Shown here: positions 58,064-64,000 of the stretch, one piece after another | Position numbering within the stretch: the stretch's first letter is position 1 | Layout of the letters: each line of letters opens with the position of its first letter | Assembly (NCBI GenBank): GCA_963664705.1 | Contig: OY761556.1 | Span: 2,528,001-2,592,000, forward strand | DNA length: 64,000 nt | Direction of reading: 5' to 3' | Source: Acidobacteriota bacterium | GTDB taxonomy: Bacteria; Acidobacteriota; UBA6911 | Made by a program: the position numbers and the translations under genes | Notes under the pieces: model-generated | The model's input: the letters and a program-made list of their open reading frames with translations, nothing else | Databases searched by the model: none | What the model was told of the DNA's origin: nothing

Positions 58064-61000
58064 CTACCTTCCCGAGCCATAAGTCTCCACGGCTCTCTTT
58101 GTATTTTGGTCCACCGACTTCATTCGCTCTCCTTCAGCATACGCCTTTGCTTTTGGTATGTTCTTGTCAACTTGAAGCCATGACGGATTCCACAGACCAT
58201 ACATCGAAAGTCTATTGAAAGCTTTGTTAACATACGATTGAGTATCAAATCCGGTATGTTCATAAGCGTATATTTGCTTGTCAGACATATATTTAGGACC
58301 ATAGCGTCTGTCGGCAATATGAGCCCCTTCATGCGCCACGATGGCTGCATTTTCAACACTCGGATCAATAGGCTTTCCAGCCATCCTTTGTGATCGCGTG
58401 CCTGTTTTGATTGCGTCAATATCGAATCTGACTGTAACTATTCCTGGTCCGCCAGTAACTCCTGCATACCCTCTTGGCACAGTCCCAAATTCGACAATAA
58501 CTCCATTAAAATCGTTTTCCTTTCCATACGTATCTAGAACTTTCTTTATGGAGTTATATTCATCGGAGCCTTCTTTCAGTTTGTTCAATGCGGTTTCCAT
58601 CTCCGCTAACTGCGTTCTGAACCATGTCTGATTTGCTTGGCATTGGCTATCGGTTATCTCGCAACCAACCGCAAAATTGAACAAACCATCAGGATCGGTA
58701 AAGGTAAAGGGAGCATTAAACGCATAGCTGTATCGATTCCATGATTGAGGATTGTTGGGATGCCCACTATTCAGCAAAGGGTCAGGACCTAGGAACCTGC
58801 CCTGGACCCCTGAGAAGTACCTAGCCCCGAAGTAATCCAACCCCGTTTCGGCGTCCCGTTCTTTGCCAGTAAATTTCTGCGGTTCCCGGCTGGTGATCTG
58901 CACGTCAGGGTTCGACAAATAGCAGTTCACTTGACTTCTCGTATTATCCGCCGAGCTTATCATTCGTCCAAAAGGCAGATAATCATTGCACTCCAGCGGG
59001 GTTCCCGTATCCGACGTGACTGCCCGGACGCTGCCCAATATATCTGATGTCAACCATGTCGCACCAGTGCTTGTCGGAGCCTGAGTGGAGTTTTCGGCTG
59101 CCAGCCGGCCCAGAGCATCATATAGGTAATATGTGTAGATCGTCGAACCGCCGTATGTCCAGGTCTTCTTGATTCGACGTCCTTCTCCATCGTAAGCGAT
59201 GGAACCGGATCCTGGACCTGAGATGCTTATGTTTCGATTTTCCGCATCGTATCCAAGCGTAAAGGACCCATACTGGGTTTGATTTCCTGAGGAATCATAG
59301 CCCCCCGGAATATTGAGGCGATTTGTCGAAGTAATGTAATTGTTGAGGCTTGCCGGTTCTCGCGAATCGGAATGCGCCAGGTTTACGGTCGTCACCGCCT
59401 GGTTGCCCCATCGATCATAGCTGAATGTCTGAGACCATGCTCCCATTTCGCTTGCAGTTGCCAATCGATCAAGCGGATCATAGGTAAATTCCTGGTAGTA
59501 GCTGTATGCCAAATTACGGGTTGTTCTTTGGTTTTGCAAATTTCCGTTGTTTTGCGTGGCATGATAATTATAGTCCAACCTCAGCCGTTCCTCTCCGCCC
59601 AGCGTCGTACCCAAACGGTAATAAGTCGTTTCTCCCGGTGTGTGGTACTCGCGTGTATCATAGAGGCCATTGCCCAATCGCATTCGTGCTATCCGTCCGT
59701 CAGGCGCATACGTTGAAAACGGAAAGTCAGCAATCACGGTCATATCCGTGTACGTCCTTGCGGAGCTGTAAACCTTACTATTTCGCCCCATGTTCTCAAC
59801 ATCATAATTCACGGTGCGTCCCGAAGGATAGGTAATGTCTTTTAATCCGCCATTAACGTACCAATGATAACCGAACGTAAACTTCCCATACCCGTTAATC
59901 GTCTGGCTGCTGCTCAAGACATTCCCAAATTCGTCATAGCTATCATATGCCATTGATGCCACATTCGAACTGATTGACTTTAGCCGGCCTACATTTGGAG
60001 AAACTGATGATCCTGCCAGATAATAACTATACGTAACATTTGGCGTGGTTGGATTATCGCTGTAGGTTTTGCTGACAATCCGATGCAACGGATCATAGGC
60101 AAATGTTGTCACTATATTTCGGGCGTCAGTCCGTGTCTGAAGGTCTCCACTGTCGAGATAGGCATAGGATGCGCTGCCGCTCTCCGGATTCGATGTCGAA
60201 CGCAAACGGCTTAAGGAACTGTAATTGAAGGTCCTGGAAGGCTGCGTTCCTTGAGTGACCTGAGTCAAGTTATCCAGGGGGTCATAAAAATAAGTCGTGC
60301 TGTAATTCAGGCCGGGGCTTGGGTCCTCCACTACCTCCAGCATTCGCCCCAGACCATCGTGCCGCTGCTTGCGTACTTTTAGCGCGGGATCGGTAACGGT
60401 TGTCCACTCAGCGTCATAGGCCTTTGTTGTCACGCCTGTGCGGGTGGTGGGATTGGTTTGCTCACAATTGGCAGGTTCGCTGCTCCCTTTGAAAATCCCA
60501 ACCTTTGATACGCGGCCAAGCAGATCGTATTGCGTGCATGTCCATTCCAATGTCGGATCATTAAGCGTTCGATAGGGAGTGCTGGTGATTACCCGGCGAC
60601 CGCCCTGGGCATACAAATCGTGTGTAGTCGTATAAATATAGTTCGGGACACCATTGACCGTCTTTTCCAATTTCCGAACCATATTTGCCCGGCCCACCTG
60701 ATCATAATTCGTAATGGTTTGTGATACCTGATCCGCATTCGTCCGCAAATCGCTTATGCCCATAACGGAGCGATCAGCGTCATTATAGATTGAAGATGTT
60801 TGTCTCAGGAGGTTCCACGTGCCGGAAACAGACTTCTTATCGGCAGTGGTCAGCTGCCGCCCTACGTTATCGTAGGTATAGAAAGTCCCCATGCCATTAT
60901 CCAGATCCTTCTTGGATGCAAGTGCTACCCCTACCGACAGAATGTTGTTGGATTGATCACGAATCATCCAGTCGTATTCCCAGGAGCGATGCACACTATT

Positions 61001-63148
61001 TGGATCGCCTTGATCCACCCGTGTTACATAAAAACCACTGTTATAGGTAATGTCGGTACGCACCTCAGGGTCATTGATATTTGTCACATCTCCGATTCTC
61101 GTCACATTGCCGTATGAATCATACGTCCGTGACAACACCTGCGCGTTGGAACCCGACAGCAGTCCAAGCCCAGGCAATCCGGGTGATTTGACGCTGTCCC
61201 ATCGTGCCTCAGCCGTAACATTTCCATTTGTATAGGCGTTTCCACCCTTTGCTGGATCATACGAATACTCGGTCGCAGCGTAGGGAATAAGCCCTTCCGC
61301 ATCCGAAGAAACCTTCCTGCGTTTAAGAGCATTCAAACGCCGCGCAGACAACTGCGCCCATATATTTGGATTGTGCGCATGCCAGTACCCATTGGCATCA
61401 TCAGGTTGTGAAAGCGTTACATAATAATCATAAAACGTTTTTCGTCTTATGATTCCCCCCGATTCGTCGGGATAATCGGTCCAGTCGTGTTCTGTTTTGG
61501 TAAGCAAATTTCCATTTTTGTCATAGGTGTAATCGACTACTGCGGTCTTCGCAGGCGTTCCCAAAGAATTTCCCACAGTCGTCGCCTCGCGATACACATA
61601 CGGATTATTAAGAATTGAATATGATCCATAAACGCTATTCTGCGCCCATTGCCGCTTTTGAACCGAACCGCTGGGTCCCTCCACCCAATTCACGAGTCCG
61701 CTGGTCCAATAGGGCGTATAATTTTTTGTGTCAAAATGACTGGTCGTTTCCCCGCCGTCAGGTGCAGTGACTTTTGTGCTCGTTAATGTATATAGAAAAG
61801 TCCACGTATCAATTGTCCCATCGTGCGTAATCTGCTTTTGCGAGACACTATTATCATTTGCTATGCAATCAGCATCCCAACTATTGAGACAGGATGCAGG
61901 CTGTTCCAGCCGGTATGAGTACCCATATTGCGAGCCTGTCGGCATGCGCATATAGTTGAGCAAGCCCCATCCATTATCGCCATCACTGTAACCGAATTTG
62001 TAGCTGTTCCAGACCGATGGCTCCTGGCCAAGAGTGACAGGTGATGCCAGTGGCAATTGAATATATTTTACTGTCCAGAACCCGCCACCATACGCCAACG
62101 TCCGATCATAGGGAGGGGGAGCCGTAGGAGCGTACGTATATCTGCGGTTCAATGATCCATACTGAATTGAATTCCAGTCAACGGCCGTCGTAATCGATCC
62201 ATTTGGTCCCGGAGCGCTTATGGTATCCCGTAGCCAAGTGTCGGTGCTGGTATTCGCATCGGTAACATTGTAGCTGATCCTGATCTCGTGTCCGCCGTCA
62301 TCCTGAATGGATGTATAGGGATCGCAACCGTCTGGCCAACTGTGGCAATAATTGCTGATCCTGATCCTGTTATTTTTCGAATCATAGGAATCTACGGTTC
62401 CGTTAACCGGAGAAACAACAACACGCCGGCCATCCGGGTAATACACATACCAGTCCTTCTCCCGCCAAGCCGTTGTCCCATCAGCGTAGATTTCAACTTT
62501 AAGGTAACTCCCATCTGTCGTGTAATACGTAAGCCAGCCGGTCACGACCTGCGGAGGAGTCTGGTAAGGGCACGTAATGTCTTTGCCTGCAGGATTAATT
62601 GGGATAAAACCATTGGTCGATGTGTACCCCCCGTAGGTCTCATAGCCTCTCAAATAGAGGATATGCATGCTGCCATCAGGCAACAACACCCTCATTCGAA
62701 CCAATCCTCTCCCTCCATACTGGCAGCCGGTGGCTTCCTGCATTTCATCTTCCAACCAGTAATTATTGGCATTGTATGTCCATCCACCGCTTAAGGTAAT
62801 TGGAGCAACCACTTTGACAGGAACATCAACGTATCTTTGGTTTAATGTATCCCACATGCGTTCTACGGCAGCATGGACATCATTAATGTGCGAATCATAT
62901 TGAAGATTCAGGTCGAATCCTATCCCTCCCCTCCCCCGTGGTATTGACGCGAGCGGGATCTGAAGATTCAATTTGCCGCTGACCGTATCGATATTGTCAA
63001 CCGGGCTGCTGAGTTGATCAGCAGTGGGCATAAATCCGCGGGGCGGCTTCGTATCGACGTTATATAAATCCTGGGCAGTTGCCAATGGCAGGAAACCAAT
63101 GATAAGCATAAGGACGAACAACGTGCTGAATCTTGATCGGCTGAACAT
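58064..63148 (-). CDS. Rhs/YD-repeat toxin with signal peptide and zincin metallopeptidase tip
   Basis: Start 63148 with GAGGAG RBS; signal peptide ending ATA-Q; core KFTGKERDAETGLDYFGARY...DPDG; tip AHEGAH...YE. Confidence 0.93.
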   Translation of the reverse strand: MFSRSRFSTLFVLMLIIGFLPLATAQDLYNVDTKPPRGFMPTADQLSSPVDNIDTVSGKLNLQIPLASIPRGRGGIGFDLNLQYDSHINDVHAAVERMWDTLNQRYVDVPVKVVAPITLSGGWTYNANNYWLEDEMQEATGCQYGGRGLVRMRVLLPDGSMHILYLRGYETYGGYTSTNGFIPINPAGKDITCPYQTPPQVVTGWLTYYTTDGSYLKVEIYADGTTAWREKDWYVYYPDGRRVVVSPVNGTVDSYDSKNNRIRISNYCHSWPDGCDPYTSIQDDGGHEIRISYNVTDANTSTDTWLRDTISAPGPNGSITTAVDWNSIQYGSLNRRYTYAPTAPPPYDRTLAYGGGFWTVKYIQLPLASPVTLGQEPSVWNSYKFGYSDGDNGWGLLNYMRMPTGSQYGYSYRLEQPASCLNSWDADCIANDNSVSQKQITHDGTIDTWTFLYTLTSTKVTAPDGGETTSHFDTKNYTPYWTSGLVNWVEGPSGSVQKRQWAQNSVYGSYSILNNPYVYREATTVGNSLGTPAKTAVVDYTYDKNGNLLTKTEHDWTDYPDESGGIIRRKTFYDYYVTLSQPDDANGYWHAHNPNIWAQLSARRLNALKRRKVSSDAEGLIPYAATEYSYDPAKGGNAYTNGNVTAEARWDSVKSPGLPGLGLLSGSNAQVLSRTYDSYGNVTRIGDVTNINDPEVRTDITYNSGFYVTRVDQGDPNSVHRSWEYDWMIRDQSNNILSVGVALASKKDLDNGMGTFYTYDNVGRQLTTADKKSVSGTWNLLRQTSSIYNDADRSVMGISDLRTNADQVSQTITNYDQVGRANMVRKLEKTVNGVPNYIYTTTHDLYAQGGRRVITSTPYRTLNDPTLEWTCTQYDLLGRVSKVGIFKGSSEPANCEQTNPTTRTGVTTKAYDAEWTTVTDPALKVRKQRHDGLGRMLEVVEDPSPGLNYSTTYFYDPLDNLTQVTQGTQPSRTFNYSSLSRLRSTSNPESGSASYAYLDSGDLQTRTDARNIVTTFAYDPLHRIVSKTYSDNPTTPNVTYSYYLAGSSVSPNVGRLKSISSNVASMAYDSYDEFGNVLSSSQTINGYGKFTFGYHWYVNGGLKDITYPSGRTVNYDVENMGRNSKVYSSARTYTDMTVIADFPFSTYAPDGRIARMRLGNGLYDTREYHTPGETTYYRLGTTLGGEERLRLDYNYHATQNNGNLQNQRTTRNLAYSYYQEFTYDPLDRLATASEMGAWSQTFSYDRWGNQAVTTVNLAHSDSREPASLNNYITSTNRLNIPGGYDSSGNQTQYGSFTLGYDAENRNISISGPGSGSIAYDGEGRRIKKTWTYGGSTIYTYYLYDALGRLAAENSTQAPTSTGATWLTSDILGSVRAVTSDTGTPLECNDYLPFGRMISSADNTRSQVNCYLSNPDVQITSREPQKFTGKERDAETGLDYFGARYFSGVQGRFLGPDPLLNSGHPNNPQSWNRYSYAFNAPFTFTDPDGLFNFAVGCEITDSQCQANQTWFRTQLAEMETALNKLKEGSDEYNSIKKVLDTYGKENDFNGVIVEFGTVPRGYAGVTGGPGIVTVRFDIDAIKTGTRSQRMAGKPIDPSVENAAIVAHEGAHIADRRYGPKYMSDKQIYAYEHTGFDTQSYVNKAFNRLSMYGLWNPSWLQVDKNIPKAKAYAEGERMKSVDQNTKRAVETYGSGR

Positions 63149-63170
63149 TGTCACTCTCCTCCTCACTCGT

Positions 63171-63941
63171 CTAGAATTGGCTTGCGTCCAAGGCAGGCAC
63201 ATTCTCAATTGCTGTCACTGTAAATGAATAAACCAGTTTCCCACCCTCGTAATGCTCAATCACGGCCGGATATGCAGATCCGTCTATGCTTCCCCACATT
63301 GAAAACCGAGTCTCTATCTTTACAGGCGGCTTAACGCTTCGGTCATAATATTGGGTCCGCTGCAGGTATCCCGTTTTTGAATCATAGTAATAGGTTTTTG
63401 TTCTAATCGTTTTGTCCTGACGGCTTCGAACAGGAATAGTCACTTCAAAAAGGTCATAGCGCGGCCCCTTGTAGTCCAGCACAAGTGCAGGATCGGGCCC
63501 AAAACCCCGACCGATTATTCGGACTGCTGCCGATTCTTGTATCGATTCCAGCATTCCTTCCGGAAAGTCCATGACAAACGTTTCCAGTAATGCCTCATCG
63601 CTTTGGCGGGAGGTTATCCCCTTCACATCTTTGCCATTGAAGGAGATCGCTGTCCCTTGTCCCTTAAAACCTTCCAGTCGGACCAGTCCTGGCAATTGGT
63701 AGATCACCCGAGTCGCCGTCGCCTTGCCATCAGCATCTGTAAACTCGCCGATATAGATCGTCGTTTCCTTGCCGGAAGTTTTCACCCGGTCTCCCAGCGC
63801 TCCCATCTGCAATGCAAATACACTGGGTATATTGGAATAATACTTCCCCGTATTCGTATTATTTTGTTCCGAATTCACAAAAGGGCAAAACATGGTCGTG
63901 ATGAAAAGAGCAGCTAGCCAGAATCGATTCTTCATCTCCAT
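63171..63941 (-). CDS. Exported protein upstream of Rhs (possible LolA-like fold)
   Basis: Signal peptide; YYYDSKTGYLQR...ETRFS.W..IDG..YP beta pattern; GAGG RBS. Confidence 0.7.
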   Translation of the reverse strand: MEMKNRFWLAALFITTMFCPFVNSEQNNTNTGKYYSNIPSVFALQMGALGDRVKTSGKETTIYIGEFTDADGKATATRVIYQLPGLVRLEGFKGQGTAISFNGKDVKGITSRQSDEALLETFVMDFPEGMLESIQESAAVRIIGRGFGPDPALVLDYKGPRYDLFEVTIPVRSRQDKTIRTKTYYYDSKTGYLQRTQYYDRSVKPPVKIETRFSMWGSIDGSAYPAVIEHYEGGKLVYSFTVTAIENVPALDASQF

Positions 63942-64000
63942 TACCTCACCTCTGATATGTATTGATTGTTTGTGATTACGGAACAAACAGCGAATTCGAT

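Larger units (their letters stand above)
11767..64000 (-). mobile_element. HK97-like siphoviral prophage region at tRNA-Ser; right boundary not seen
   Basis: Integrase/Xis next to tRNA, packaging, head, tail and lysis genes to ~56.7 kb; no repeat of the tRNA 3' end found by eye, so inclusion of 57-64 kb is inferred. Confidence 0.8.

Noticed and set aside
59590-59599. CCTCTCCGCC match to the tRNA 3' end as attR
   Set aside because: Only 10 bp and inside an intact Rhs ORF; likely chance.

Overview
Bacterial chromosomal window with an Acidobacteriota-like gene set (taxonomy is inference). Bases 1-11766 are host core genes: class A PBP (partial), a split complex I cluster nuoE-J-K-L-M-N, greA, the F0-only ATP synthase cluster atpZ-I-B-E, and tRNA-Ser(CGA). 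From the tRNA 3' end to beyond the right edge lies an HK97-like siphoviral prophage region. It has an early/recombination arm (integrase, Xis, ParB-like, Cas4-like exonuclease, putative annealing protein, XRE regulator) and a nearly complete late module (NinG, HNH, cos-like site, MTase, PLD-like protein, TerS/TerL, portal, S49 protease, capsid, tail, lysis), all on the minus strand. The late module is bracketed by two convergent Rhs polymorphic-toxin loci with N-terminal signal peptides. Each reads secreted accessory gene(s) - Rhs - immunity - orphan Rhs-core remnant; one tip is DUF2380/HNH-like, the other an HExxH metallopeptidase. The left locus is preceded by three paralogous copies of an unnamed ~110-aa exported beta-sandwich domain, one fused to a transmembrane protein divergent from the phage regulator. 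Also present: an IS3 element, a structured ~200-nt intergenic RNA candidate where a tail-terminator gene is expected, a putative holin/beta-barrel fusion, and pseudogene remnants missed by the ORF track. All calls come from reading motifs by eye; no database searches were run.
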